Positions 9,026 through 18,108 of a DNA stretch of 64,000 nt are shown piece after piece. The stretch's first letter is position 1. Every line of letters begins with the position of its first letter. The DNA comes from an uncultured Pelagibacteraceae bacterium (GTDB lineage: Bacteria > Pseudomonadota > Alphaproteobacteria > Pelagibacterales > Pelagibacteraceae). The stretch lies in NCBI GenBank assembly GCA_902525355.1, contig CABZGO010000001.1:2641-66640 (forward strand), written 5' to 3'. The position numbers and the translations under genes are program-made. The notes beneath the pieces are model-generated. The model saw only the letters and a list, made by a program, of their open reading frames with translations. It was not told where the DNA came from and searched no databases.

Positions 9026-9988
9026 TTACAGACCTAACCAACCATCTACCGTTGATTTATTTTTAGACATCCAATCTCTTGCGACTTCACCTGGGTCTCT
9101 TTTTTGAACTGAAACCTCGAATGCCATCCAAGAAACATCATCTGCTGTAATCTGAAAATTTTTGAAAAATTCAACAATAGCTGGTGATTTACTTTCTAAA
9201 GAAGTTCCCCATCCGATTTGAATTTTTTTCAAAGCATCCTTTGAAGCAACATATGACTTTTGATACCAATCTGCATCTGCTTTTGGTTGTATCATTTTAT
9301 ATTTAGCTGGATCATATTTTGGTTCCTCCAACATAACAACGTCAGCCATTCCCCAAATAGCATGAGGTTTGTAACAATAAAATGCATAGCCCTCACCCTT
9401 TTTAATAGAGTCTAGAACTCTAGCATTTTTAACCGCCTCAGCGGCTCTTATTGGCTCTATACCAGCATCGTAGAGTTTATAATCTCTAAGTTTTACTTGA
9501 TTTACATTTGCAGAAGCCCATCCGTCTGCACCAATCCAAAACTCACCTTTTCCATTTCCGTCACTATCCATTGCTTTAACAACTTCTGGTCTTCCCAAGT
9601 CTTCTATTGCAGTAATATTCATTTTTTTTGCAAATTGTTGTGAAACACAATAGCCTTGATTTCCCTCGTAAGGGTTTTTGCTTAATTGTAATGTTCCTTT
9701 TGGGACTAAATCTTTTGTATAAGCTTCTTGGTTTGGTAGCCAAATGTCTGGGTGAACTTCAATTTCACCTTTACTTCTATCAATTGCTCCATAGATCGCA
9801 GTATTGTTTCCTGGGACTAACTCAGCCTCACCGCCCATTTTATCGATAACAACAGCAGCAAGTAAATTTGCTATTGCAGTCGCTCCTGTCCAACCAGGAT
9901 CACCAATTTTTACTTTTTCAGCAAAACTTGAAGCTGGTACAAATAATGTAATTACTCCAGCCACAAGGATTTTTTTAATTATATTCAT
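9026..9988 (-). CDS. proX: ProX/OpuAC-family substrate-binding protein
   Basis: Signal peptide; KIGDPGW, HPDIWLPN, FYCYKPH; C-terminal VARDWM..VDGWL; adjacent proV/proW. Confidence 0.8.
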   Translation of the reverse strand: MNIIKKILVAGVITLFVPASSFAEKVKIGDPGWTGATAIANLLAAVVIDKMGGEAELVPGNNTAIYGAIDRSKGEIEVHPDIWLPNQEAYTKDLVPKGTLQLSKNPYEGNQGYCVSQQFAKKMNITAIEDLGRPEVVKAMDSDGNGKGEFWIGADGWASANVNQVKLRDYKLYDAGIEPIRAAEAVKNARVLDSIKKGEGYAFYCYKPHAIWGMADVVMLEEPKYDPAKYKMIQPKADADWYQKSYVASKDALKKIQIGWGTSLESKSPAIVEFFKNFQITADDVSWMAFEVSVQKRDPGEVARDWMSKNKSTVDGWLGL

Positions 9989-10106
9989 GTTTTCCCCATT
10001 TAAGTTATTTATACAAATAAAATCTAACTTTGTTTTAAATTTAGAGTCAACATTTCTAATAAGCTAAAATGTAAATACTGGTATGCAAAAGAATGAAATT
10101 GTCAAT

Positions 10107-10859
10107 TTAAATAAGGAAATTCTCAACAATTTGATTAAATTTCTGCGGTTGTTCCAGATGTACATTGTGACAGCAGTTTCTAAATATTTTTAATTCACTA
10201 TCAGGAATATTATCTTTAAGTATTGAAATTTGATCAAAATTATAAGATTTGTCTTTATCCCCCCAAATTATCAACGTTTTGTTTTTTATTTTTTTTAAAT
10301 TTTCTAATCCATTCCAATCTCTCATTGCTACTAAGGCGTTACGAGCTGTTTCTTCAGATATATTTTCAACTGCATTTTCACATAAATAATAATTTTTAGC
10401 TTGATCTCCATCAACGAACCACTTCGGTGGTATTCTTTTTACTTGTTCCTTAATTCCTTCCTCACCGAGCTTTTTTATCGATGTATCTATAGGTTCAAAT
10501 CTTCCGGGAATGTCACCAATAGGCCCTGTAGCAAAACAAATTAATTTATTAATTCTATCACCAGACAATTTTGTAATTTCTTGTACTATCATTCCACCCA
10601 TCGAGTGACCCATTAAATTAAACTTATCTATATTTTTTAAATCAATTTGTTGGATAATAAATTTAGCCATTAAGCTAATACTATTTAAAGATTGTGCATT
10701 AAAGCTTTCACCAAAACCTGGTAAAGCTGGAGCAATAATTCTAAAAGATTTACTCAAATGGTCTTTTTGAAACTTCCACATTTCTGAAGAACCTAGATAA
10801 CCATGCACCAGAACTAGTGGATAACCTGAGCCAATATCATCAATATAAATATCTTGCAT
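10107..10859 (-). CDS. Alpha/beta hydrolase
   Basis: LVHGYLGS, nucleophile elbow GHSMGG, WGDKD, HNVHLEQP; probable start MQDIY at 10859 (ORF open from 10910). Confidence 0.85.
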   Translation of the reverse strand: MQDIYIDDIGSGYPLVLVHGYLGSSEMWKFQKDHLSKSFRIIAPALPGFGESFNAQSLNSISLMAKFIIQQIDLKNIDKFNLMGHSMGGMIVQEITKLSGDRINKLICFATGPIGDIPGRFEPIDTSIKKLGEEGIKEQVKRIPPKWFVDGDQAKNYYLCENAVENISEETARNALVAMRDWNGLENLKKIKNKTLIIWGDKDKSYNFDQISILKDNIPDSELKIFRNCCHNVHLEQPQKFNQIVENFLI

Positions 10860-10919
10860 AATTGTTTTTAAAATATAGTTGTATATTGTGGTTTTTAAAA
10901 CAAAATTCAAAATAGATCT

Positions 10920-11633
10920 ATGATTGGTATTCTAGGAGGAATGGGGACACAGGCCGGATTAGATTTTTGCAACAAACTTGCAAAGATAAATGCTGGTAAA
11001 CTTGATCAACAATATCCAATGTTTGTTTTATATAACAAGTCTAATATTCCAAAAAGGCCAGAAAATTTAAAAAAATATTACAACGTGTTAAATTCACTTG
11101 TTGAAGGATGTAAAATGTTACAAAAAAATAATTGTAAGTTTATAGTAATGCCATGTAATACTGCACACTATTGGTACGATGATTTGAGAAAAAAAGTTAA
11201 GGTCCCGATACTTAGTATGCCAAAAGAAGTATACTTAGATACAGTAAGAAATTGTAAAAAAAATGCTAAGATTGGTATTTTATCTACTGAAGCTACATTA
11301 AGTACTAAAGTTTATAACAAATATTTTGATAAAAATTTTAATTTAGTAAGTCCTAATAATGAGTTGCAAAAAAATTCAGTAAACAAATCTATAAAGCTCG
11401 TCAAAATGGGAAAAATCAAAGAAGCAGAAAAAGCAATAAGACCAGCGGTAAATTATTTAATGAAAATTAAATGTAAAAAAATAATTCTTGGATGTACTGA
11501 ATTACCTATTGCAATATTTGCATACAAATCTTTTAAAAAAATAAAGCAATCAAAAACGTTTATTGATCCAAATCTTTTGCTAGCAAATATTTCAATGAAA
11601 AAATATAAATCAAAAACCTCAGTTTCAGTCTAA
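10920..11633 (+). CDS. Aspartate/glutamate racemase family
   Basis: IGILGGMG; two catalytic Cys in MPCNTAH and LGCTELP. Confidence 0.9.
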   Translation: MIGILGGMGTQAGLDFCNKLAKINAGKLDQQYPMFVLYNKSNIPKRPENLKKYYNVLNSLVEGCKMLQKNNCKFIVMPCNTAHYWYDDLRKKVKVPILSMPKEVYLDTVRNCKKNAKIGILSTEATLSTKVYNKYFDKNFNLVSPNNELQKNSVNKSIKLVKMGKIKEAEKAIRPAVNYLMKIKCKKIILGCTELPIAIFAYKSFKKIKQSKTFIDPNLLLANISMKKYKSKTSVSV

Positions 11634-11645
11634 ACTAAAACTGAG
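11618..11645. terminator. Imperfect hairpin between convergent racemase and peroxiredoxin genes
   Basis: ctcagtttcagt-ctaa-actaaaactgag. Confidence 0.5.
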
Positions 11646-11670
11646 ATAATTGATAACTTTAAAACCCTTA

Positions 11671-12330
11671 TTATTTTGATGGGTCTGGTACTTTTCTTAA
11701 GTATGGTTTTACTGTTTCCCATCCATCTGGATATATTTTTTTAGCTTCATCATCCTTTACAGCAGGAAGAATGACAACGTCTTCACCTTTTTTCCAGTTA
11801 GCTGGTGTAGCAACTTTATGTTTTGCAGTGAGTTGCATAGAGTCTATAGCTCTTAAGATTTCGTGGAAATTTCTACCAGTAGCCATCGGGTATGTTAAAT
11901 AAAGACCAATTCTTTTATCTGGTCTTACAACAAAAATAGTTCTTACAGTTTCGTTATCTACTGCAGTTCGTCCCATTGAAGTAGTTCCGGCATCAGCTTC
12001 AAGCATGTTGAAAAGTTTTGCAACTTTCAAATCTTCATCTGCAATAATTGGATAACCTGGCATTGTTCCAGATACATCTTTTATATCCTCTAACCATTTT
12101 TTATGATCCTCAACCCCATCAACACTTAATCCGATTACTTTTACATTTCTTGCATCAAATTCAGCTTTCATTTGTCCTAATGAACCTAATTCTGTAGTAC
12201 AAACTGGTGTAAAATCTTTAGGGTGAGAAAATAATACGCCCCAACTATCTCCAAGCCATTCATGAAAAGAAATATCTCCCTCAGTGGTTTTGCATTGAAA
12301 ATCTGGACACATACTGTTTATTTTTAACAT
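11671..12330 (-). CDS. 1-Cys peroxiredoxin (Prx6 family)
   Basis: FSHPKDFTPVCTTELG, YPMATGRNF, VATPANW. Confidence 0.93.
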   Translation of the reverse strand: MLKINSMCPDFQCKTTEGDISFHEWLGDSWGVLFSHPKDFTPVCTTELGSLGQMKAEFDARNVKVIGLSVDGVEDHKKWLEDIKDVSGTMPGYPIIADEDLKVAKLFNMLEADAGTTSMGRTAVDNETVRTIFVVRPDKRIGLYLTYPMATGRNFHEILRAIDSMQLTAKHKVATPANWKKGEDVVILPAVKDDEAKKIYPDGWETVKPYLRKVPDPSK

Positions 12331-12360
12331 TTAGTCTCTCCTTAATTATTATTTAGAATA

Positions 12361-12389
12361 ATTATAATCAAGATTGATTTGGTATGCAA
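12361..12389 (-). promoter_or_regulatory. Sigma70-type promoter of the peroxiredoxin gene
   Basis: Minus strand TTGCAT-N17-TATAAT, about 30 bp upstream of the ATG; AGGAG RBS follows. Confidence 0.7.
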
Positions 12390-12408
12390 ATTTTAATAGT
12401 CTTTTAAT

Positions 12409-13101
12409 ATGATATTTAACCAATTGTTTGATCAAAAATCCTCAACTTATACTTACATTATTTCAAGTGGAAAAGGCAGAGAAGCACTTATCATAGATCC
12501 AGTTATAGAACACACCGATGAATACATTGAAGTATTAAAAAATTTAGATCTCAAATTAGTTAAAGTTATTGATACTCACATACATGCTGATCATGTTACA
12601 GGTCTTAATGAGTTAAATCAGAGAACGAACTGTGTTCGTATAATGGGAGAAAATTCAAAATCTGAAGTTATTGATGTAAAATTAAAAGATGAAGAAAATG
12701 TAAATATTGAAAATATTGAACTTAAAGCTATTTATACTCCAGGACATACTGATTGTTCCTATAGCTATGTTATGAATGACAGAGTTTTCACAGGTGATAC
12801 TCTTTTAATAAATGGAACAGGTAGAACTGATTTTCAAAATGGAAGTGCTTATGATGCTTATGAGTCATTATTTGGAAAATTATTAAAATTACCAGAAGAA
12901 ACACTTGTTTATCCTGCTCATGATTACAATGGAAAAAAAAATTCAACAATTGGTGATGAAAAAATAAACAATCCTCGACTTCAGGTAAGCTCAAAAGAAG
13001 AATATGCTGAGATAATGGATAATCTTAATCTTGCCAATCCAAAAATGATGGATATCGCAGTCCCAGCAAATCTAAAGGGATTAACGCTTAAAGAACTCTA
13101 A
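12409..13101 (+). CDS. Persulfide dioxygenase (ETHE1-like MBL-fold)
   Basis: THIHADHVTG, TPGHT, FTGDTLLI, GRTDFQ, YPAHDY, NPRLQ, PKMMDIAVPAN. Confidence 0.9.
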   Translation: MIFNQLFDQKSSTYTYIISSGKGREALIIDPVIEHTDEYIEVLKNLDLKLVKVIDTHIHADHVTGLNELNQRTNCVRIMGENSKSEVIDVKLKDEENVNIENIELKAIYTPGHTDCSYSYVMNDRVFTGDTLLINGTGRTDFQNGSAYDAYESLFGKLLKLPEETLVYPAHDYNGKKNSTIGDEKINNPRLQVSSKEEYAEIMDNLNLANPKMMDIAVPANLKGLTLKEL

Positions 13102-13155
13102 AATCAGTGGTATTATTAGTATTGTTTTTAAAAAATATACAATTATATAACTATC

Positions 13156-13266
13156 ATGGCATGCAATAATACACATTGTAAATGTAAAAACTGTTCTTGT
13201 GACAGATGCGTTTGTAAAAACTGTGATTGCAAACCATCATCAGAAAACTGCTGTTGTAACAAGTAG
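13156..13266 (+). CDS. Metallothionein-like 36-aa Cys-rich peptide (absent from the ORF track)
   Basis: ATG 13156 to TAG 13266 encodes MACNNTHCKCKNCSCDRCVCKNCDCKPSSENCCCNK: 12 Cys, four CxC units, terminal CCC; fills an otherwise 195-bp gap. Confidence 0.8.
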   Translation: MACNNTHCKCKNCSCDRCVCKNCDCKPSSENCCCNK

Positions 13267-13296
13267 TTAAATTTAAATAACTAATCTTAAATAAAC

Positions 13297-13878
13297 ATGA
13301 ATGATTTTTTAGAGTCGATAATTAAAAGAGATCCTGCTGCGAGATCAAAGTTAGGTTTAATACTAACTTATCCTGGTGTTAAAGCTGTATTTTTTCATAG
13401 AATTGCAAATTTTTTTTCAGTTGCAAAATTTCATTTAATTGCAAGAGTAATTTCTCAGCTCTCAAGATTTTTAACAGGTATAGAAATCCATCCAAATGCT
13501 AAAATTGGAAAAAATCTTTTTATAGATCACGGTATGGGTGTGGTTATTGGAGAAACTTCTGATATTGGAGATAATGTAACTATCTATCATATGGCAACAT
13601 TGGGTGGAATTGCTCCAAGTATAAATTCAGATGATCAAAGAAATGTTAAGAGACACCCAACTCTAAAAGAAAATGTTGTTGTAGGATCTGGTGCACAAAT
13701 ACTTGGGCCAGTTGTAGTTGGTAAAAATGCAAAAATTGGAGCTAACGCTGTTGTTACAAAAGATGTTCCAGAAAATGCAGTAATGGTTGGAATTCCTGCA
13801 AAAAATGTTGGGACTGCATCAGAAGAATTTAAACCCTATGGTGTTGCACCAGGAGGTGATACAAAACTTGATGTATGA
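13297..13878 (+). CDS. cysE: Serine O-acetyltransferase
   Basis: [38 protein letters not shown] hexapeptide repeats. Confidence 0.95.
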   Translation: MNDFLESIIKRDPAARSKLGLILTYPGVKAVFFHRIANFFSVAKFHLIARVISQLSRFLTGIEIHPNAKIGKNLFIDHGMGVVIGETSDIGDNVTIYHMATLGGIAPSINSDDQRNVKRHPTLKENVVVGSGAQILGPVVVGKNAKIGANAVVTKDVPENAVMVGIPAKNVGTASEEFKPYGVAPGGDTKLDV

Positions 13879-14876
13879 AAACTTTACAAAATAATTTTGT
13901 GGAAGCAATAGGAAACACTCCTTTATTTAAGTTAAAAGCTGCATCAGAAATTACTGGTTGTAATATTTATGGAAAAGCAGAGTACCTTAATCCAGGTGGC
14001 TCTGTAAAAGATAGAGCAGCTCTCGCATTAATAAGGGATGCTGAAGAAAAAAAATTAATTTCAAAAGGCGGAACAATTGTTGAAGGGACAGCTGGTAATA
14101 CTGGAATTGGTTTGTGTCTATTAGGAAATTCTATTGGTTATAAAACTATAATTGTAATGAATGACAATCAAACACAAGAAAAAAAAGATTTATTAAGAAA
14201 TATTGGTGCTGATTTAAGGTTGGTTCCACCAAAACCTTATAAAGATGAAAATAACTTTGTTAAATATGCAGGAAGATTAGCTGATGAATTAAAAAGTAGT
14301 AACAATCACGGTGTAGTTTGGGCTAACCAATTTGATAATACTGCTAATTCTAAAGGTCATTATGAAACAACTGGACCAGAAATATGGGAACAAACTGACG
14401 GCAAAATTGATGGATTTGTATGTTCATCTGGTACTGGCGGTACAATTGCTGGGGTAAGTAGTTTTTTAAAAGAAAAGAATAAAGATATTAAAATATATTT
14501 ATCGGATCCAACTGGCTCATCTCTTTATAATTACATTGAAAATGGTGAATTAAAGAGTGAAGGTGGCTCAATAACTGAAGGTATTGGATCAAGTAGAATT
14601 ACAGCAAACTTTGCAAAAGCAAATATTGATGGAGCATTTTCAATAAGTGATCATGAGTCATTACCCGTTCTATTCGATTTAATTGAAAAAGAAGGTTTAA
14701 GTTTAGGAACTAGTTGTGGAGTAAACATTGCTGGAGCAATAAGGTTAGGTAAACTTTTAGGTCCAGGTAAAACGATTGTAACAATACTTTGTGATAAATC
14801 TGATAAATACAACTCCAAGATGTTTAATAAATCTTTTTTACAGGAAAAAGGTCTTCCCTATCCTCACTGGATATAA
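13875..14876 (+). CDS. cysK: Cysteine synthase (O-acetylserine thiol-lyase)
   Basis: [15 protein letters not shown] (PLP Lys), TAGNTG, NQFDN, GTGGT. Confidence 0.93.
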   Translation: MKTLQNNFVEAIGNTPLFKLKAASEITGCNIYGKAEYLNPGGSVKDRAALALIRDAEEKKLISKGGTIVEGTAGNTGIGLCLLGNSIGYKTIIVMNDNQTQEKKDLLRNIGADLRLVPPKPYKDENNFVKYAGRLADELKSSNNHGVVWANQFDNTANSKGHYETTGPEIWEQTDGKIDGFVCSSGTGGTIAGVSSFLKEKNKDIKIYLSDPTGSSLYNYIENGELKSEGGSITEGIGSSRITANFAKANIDGAFSISDHESLPVLFDLIEKEGLSLGTSCGVNIAGAIRLGKLLGPGKTIVTILCDKSDKYNSKMFNKSFLQEKGLPYPHWI

Positions 14877-14958
14877 TCACGCATACCAGTACTGTAATAA
14901 ATTCATTACATTTCTATCTTATAATAAAATTTAATATAAATAAATTAAAGGAGATTTT

Positions 14959-15333
14959 ATGGACGCAAAAGAAGTAGTTAAAAAAGGATATGAACTTTTT
15001 GGTAAAGGAGAAATGGAGGCATTTATGGATACTGTACATGATGATATCACTTTCATTTATCCTGGAGATAAACATCCAATGTCAGGAACTCATAAAGGAA
15101 AAGAAGCATATATGAAAGCCTTGATGCAAGTGCCACAACTTTGGAGTAATTTTTCAGTAACACCAGATATGATGATTAGCGAGGGAAACAAAGTTTTTGT
15201 TAAGGTAACTGCTAAGGCAGATGGCATGGATACTATTTTTGGTCATTACTTTGAAGTAGGCGATGATGGTAAACTGACAATGTTTATTGCTTTTGACGAT
15301 ACACTAAGCATGTTCAATGCAATGAAGAAGTAA
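14959..15333 (+). CDS. SnoaL/NTF2-like small protein
   Basis: VKKGYELFGKGE..DDITF..PMSGTHKGKE..ISEGNKV pattern typical of SnoaL_2; RBS AAAGGAG. Confidence 0.75.
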   Translation: MDAKEVVKKGYELFGKGEMEAFMDTVHDDITFIYPGDKHPMSGTHKGKEAYMKALMQVPQLWSNFSVTPDMMISEGNKVFVKVTAKADGMDTIFGHYFEVGDDGKLTMFIAFDDTLSMFNAMKK

Positions 15334-15341
15334 GGAATAAT

Positions 15342-15668
15342 ATGTCAATATTGGAAAAACTCAATAAAGCAATAATGGAAAAAGATGGTGCAGCAGCGGG
15401 TGAGCTGGTGCACGATGACTATAAAATGTTTTCCCATCTTAAAGGAGAATATGTACACATGGGAAAGGCAGGTATGGTTGAAGCTGTAAGTAAAGGAATG
15501 ATGAGTCCTGCAAAATATAGGATCCTTTTCGAAAATGATGAAATTGGTTTTGATCATTCATATGTTACTTATCAAGATGGAAATACTGAAGCTCTTATGT
15601 GCTGTTGGAAATTTAAAGATGGTAAAATCATTGAAGTAGAAACTGGGGCAACAAAAATACCAAAATAA
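15342..15668 (+). CDS. NTF2-like small protein (paralog of 17788-18108)
   Basis: LVHDDY, FENDEIG, DGNTEA, KDGKIIEVETGAT. Confidence 0.7.
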   Translation: MSILEKLNKAIMEKDGAAAGELVHDDYKMFSHLKGEYVHMGKAGMVEAVSKGMMSPAKYRILFENDEIGFDHSYVTYQDGNTEALMCCWKFKDGKIIEVETGATKIPK

Positions 15669-15692
15669 CTATGGACTAACAAAGGAGTTAAT

Positions 15693-16043
15693 GTGGCTAG
15701 TATAGAAGTTAAAACTTTTGATAAAGCAGACGAAGTAGTTGATAAATTTAATAATGCTAAAATTGAAGCAGTTAAAGTAGGTGGTCAAAGAGTAGTAAGA
15801 TTGCATTTAAAACCAGGATGGAAATGGTCTACAGATGTTAAGCCACATATTGGAACTGACAGTTGTCAGGCAAACCATATTGGAATTATCACAAAAGGTT
15901 CTGTATGTGCTAAACACGATGATGGAACAGAGGTTACATATAAAGCAGGAGACTCTTACTCTGTAACACCAGGACATGACGCTTGGGTAATTGGCAACGA
16001 ACCAGTTATAGCATATGAGTTTGCTGGGGTTTGGGGGGAATAA
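15693..16043 (+). CDS. Cupin-domain protein
   Basis: GTG start with AAAGGAG RBS; LKPGWKWS, CQANH, AGDSYSVTPGHDAWV. Confidence 0.8.
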   Translation: MASIEVKTFDKADEVVDKFNNAKIEAVKVGGQRVVRLHLKPGWKWSTDVKPHIGTDSCQANHIGIITKGSVCAKHDDGTEVTYKAGDSYSVTPGHDAWVIGNEPVIAYEFAGVWGE

Positions 16044-16044
16044 A

Positions 16045-16314
16045 ATGGTAAAAATGGTTGGTAACTTTGAAGTGAAAGACTGGGCTCACTGGAAAAAAAT
16101 GTTTGATGAACATGCCGGCCCAAGAGAAGCAGCAGGTATTAAAACTATTTACGTAGGTAATGAAATAGAAAATCCAAATAAAGTACATATTGTGATGGAA
16201 ACACCAGCAGCAGACACTATGCAAAAATTTATGCAGAATCCAGAGAATGCTAAAGTAATTGAACAATCTGGTCACAAAAGAGAGACAACAGTAATGAGTG
16301 TATGTTCAGACTAA
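16045..16314 (+). CDS. Small dimeric alpha+beta barrel protein (DUF3764-like)
   Basis: Probable start 16045; WKKMFD..REAAGIK..NPNKVHIVME pattern. Confidence 0.6.
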   Translation: MVKMVGNFEVKDWAHWKKMFDEHAGPREAAGIKTIYVGNEIENPNKVHIVMETPAADTMQKFMQNPENAKVIEQSGHKRETTVMSVCSD

Positions 16315-16333
16315 AAATAATAATAGAAAGGTA

Positions 16334-16819
16334 ATGGTGAAAAAAATATATTTAATTATGATGTTTATAATATTTACAACATCAAGTTTTGCAGACGGTC
16401 ATAAAGGAAAAATTGATCTTAAAGGTTTTATTGTTGGAGATAACAAATTTCTTACTGATAACGAGGGTAACTTTTTAACTTTTACTTACGATGGAGTTGG
16501 AGGATTAATGGCAGTCGAGGGTACAACATTCATGGATAATGCATCACAATATTGTCTTGGCGCAGGCACAATCCCAGGAAAGGGATTTGAAATGGGACAC
16601 TGTAAAATAAATCAACTGGATGGGGAAACTATTTTTACATACTACGAAATTCCACTTGGAGACTCAATGAATGGTACATTTAAATGTTTAGGGGGAACAG
16701 GAAAATATAAAGGAATAGAATGTAGTGGCTCAACAGGATACACACCAATTAACTCAGCCCAAGAAAATAAATTTGCCTCATCAATTTATTTTAAAGGTGA
16801 ATATTCTTTAATGAAATAA
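16334..16819 (+). CDS. Secreted all-beta protein, dirigent/allene-oxide-cyclase-like barrel
   Basis: Probable start 16334; signal peptide ending SFA|DGH; four Cys; GGTGKYKG motif. Confidence 0.55.
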   Translation: MVKKIYLIMMFIIFTTSSFADGHKGKIDLKGFIVGDNKFLTDNEGNFLTFTYDGVGGLMAVEGTTFMDNASQYCLGAGTIPGKGFEMGHCKINQLDGETIFTYYEIPLGDSMNGTFKCLGGTGKYKGIECSGSTGYTPINSAQENKFASSIYFKGEYSLMK

Positions 16820-16871
16820 TTGAATAATCATTAGATTGATTTACAATAATAAATAAAAAAAGGAGGAAAGA

Positions 16872-17162
16872 ATGGAAAAAGAAATGTTAGTACTTGCAGA
16901 ATTAAAAGAAGGCAAGTTTGAAAAATTTATGGGATGGATGCAGTCGGATGAAGGTATGAGTGTAAGAAAGTCTGCAGCTTATCCTGAAAAAACTGTAGGT
17001 GCAGTTATACCTGACAAAAGCGGTGTTATGTTCAAGGTATTTGTTCACAACGAAGAAAAAATGAAAGAGTTAGTATCTGGTACGCATCCACTTGGAAAGC
17101 CAATTTTTGATGAGTGTGTTGAGAAAATGACTGCTTGGGATTTAACAAAGATTGAAATGTAA
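16872..17162 (+). CDS. Small Met-rich hypothetical protein (probable ferredoxin-like/dimeric alpha+beta barrel)
   Basis: Strong RBS AAGGAGG; alternating beta/alpha pattern; 9 Met in 96 aa. Confidence 0.6.
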   Translation: MEKEMLVLAELKEGKFEKFMGWMQSDEGMSVRKSAAYPEKTVGAVIPDKSGVMFKVFVHNEEKMKELVSGTHPLGKPIFDECVEKMTAWDLTKIEM

Positions 17163-17163
17163 T

Positions 17164-17487
17164 ATGTCAAAATTTTATTTGATTGGAAAAATAAGTGCAG
17201 AATTAATGAAAAGAATGCAAAATGATCCAACTGCAGATAGATATGCATCGACTAAGAAAGTTACAGAGGCGGCTGGTTTAAAATTGATCAGCTATGAATG
17301 GGTAAGAGGTAGATTTGATGTTATCTCATGTGTCGAGGGAGATTATGAACAAGCACTTTCCTTGAAGATTGCATTTAAAAATTCAGGTCTTATGGATGAT
17401 TTGATGGTACATGAAGTTATTGACTACAATAAAGCTTTTCAAAATGCTGCAGATGCCACAAAGTCTGTTATTAAACCAGGAGAATAA
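17164..17487 (+). CDS. GYD-domain protein
   Basis: Probable start MSKFY at 17164; DRYAST..EAAGLKL..RGRFDVI. Confidence 0.75.
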   Translation: MSKFYLIGKISAELMKRMQNDPTADRYASTKKVTEAAGLKLISYEWVRGRFDVISCVEGDYEQALSLKIAFKNSGLMDDLMVHEVIDYNKAFQNAADATKSVIKPGE

Positions 17488-17489
17488 TT

Positions 17490-17777
17490 ATGAGTGGTTA
17501 TGCGATATTTAACCTTAATGTAAACAATCCTGAAAATTATAAGGAATACATAGACAAAGTTAAACCCACTGCAGAAAAATTTGGTGGGGAGTATCTTATA
17601 AGAGGTGGTAACAGCGAGACTATTGAAGGGTCATGGCAGCATCCAAGGACAGTTGTGATAAAATTTCCAAGTTACGAGAAAGCAAAGGAATGGTATAATT
17701 CTGAAGAATATAAACCAATAAAACAAATTCGATTAGATAACGCAGATACTAATGGAATGATAATTGAAGGAGTATAA
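17490..17777 (+). CDS. DUF1330-domain protein
   Basis: GGEYLIRGG, EGSW, VIKFPS..AKEWYNSEEY, IIEG. Confidence 0.9.
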   Translation: MSGYAIFNLNVNNPENYKEYIDKVKPTAEKFGGEYLIRGGNSETIEGSWQHPRTVVIKFPSYEKAKEWYNSEEYKPIKQIRLDNADTNGMIIEGV

Positions 17778-17787
17778 AGGAGATAAA

Positions 17788-18108
17788 ATGTCAATATTAG
17801 AAAAATATAGTGCTGCATTAAAAAATAAAGATGAAGCAGCTATGAATGAACTTTTGCATGACGATTTCAAATTTACAATGCATAAATCAGGAAATACTTT
17901 AGGTAAATCTGAAGTGATCAAATGGGCGATGAGCGGTGATATTAATCAAAGAGATACAAGAGTTGTATATGAAAATGACGAAGTTGGTGTACACCACGCA
18001 TTTGTAACATTTGATGATGGAAATACTGAAGCAGTAATGGCAGTCTACAAATATGATAATGGAAAAATCATGAGTTTAGAGACTGGCGCAACACCTATGC
18101 CTAAATAA
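17788..18108 (+). CDS. NTF2-like small protein (paralog of 15342-15668)
   Basis: Start MSILEK at 17788 with AAAGGAG RBS; LLHDDF, YENDEVG, DGNTEA, NGKIMSLETGAT. Confidence 0.7.
   Translation: MSILEKYSAALKNKDEAAMNELLHDDFKFTMHKSGNTLGKSEVIKWAMSGDINQRDTRVVYENDEVGVHHAFVTFDDGNTEAVMAVYKYDNGKIMSLETGATPMPK

Noticed and set aside
9026-9988. TMAO-binding TmoX assignment
   Set aside because: The N-terminal motifs do not match TmoX as I recall it; substrate left unspecified.
9989-10106. Riboswitch or sRNA in the longer intergenic gaps (also 38647-38770, 49980-50093, 59355-59461)
   Set aside because: Very AT-rich with no recognisable SAM-V, glycine or TPP elements; better explained as promoters. An Infernal/Rfam scan would settle it.
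13176-13230. Repeated tgtaaaaactgt (two copies) as a DNA repeat or mini-CRISPR
   Set aside because: Explained by the repeated CKNC peptide in the metallothionein-like ORF; no spacers or cas genes.
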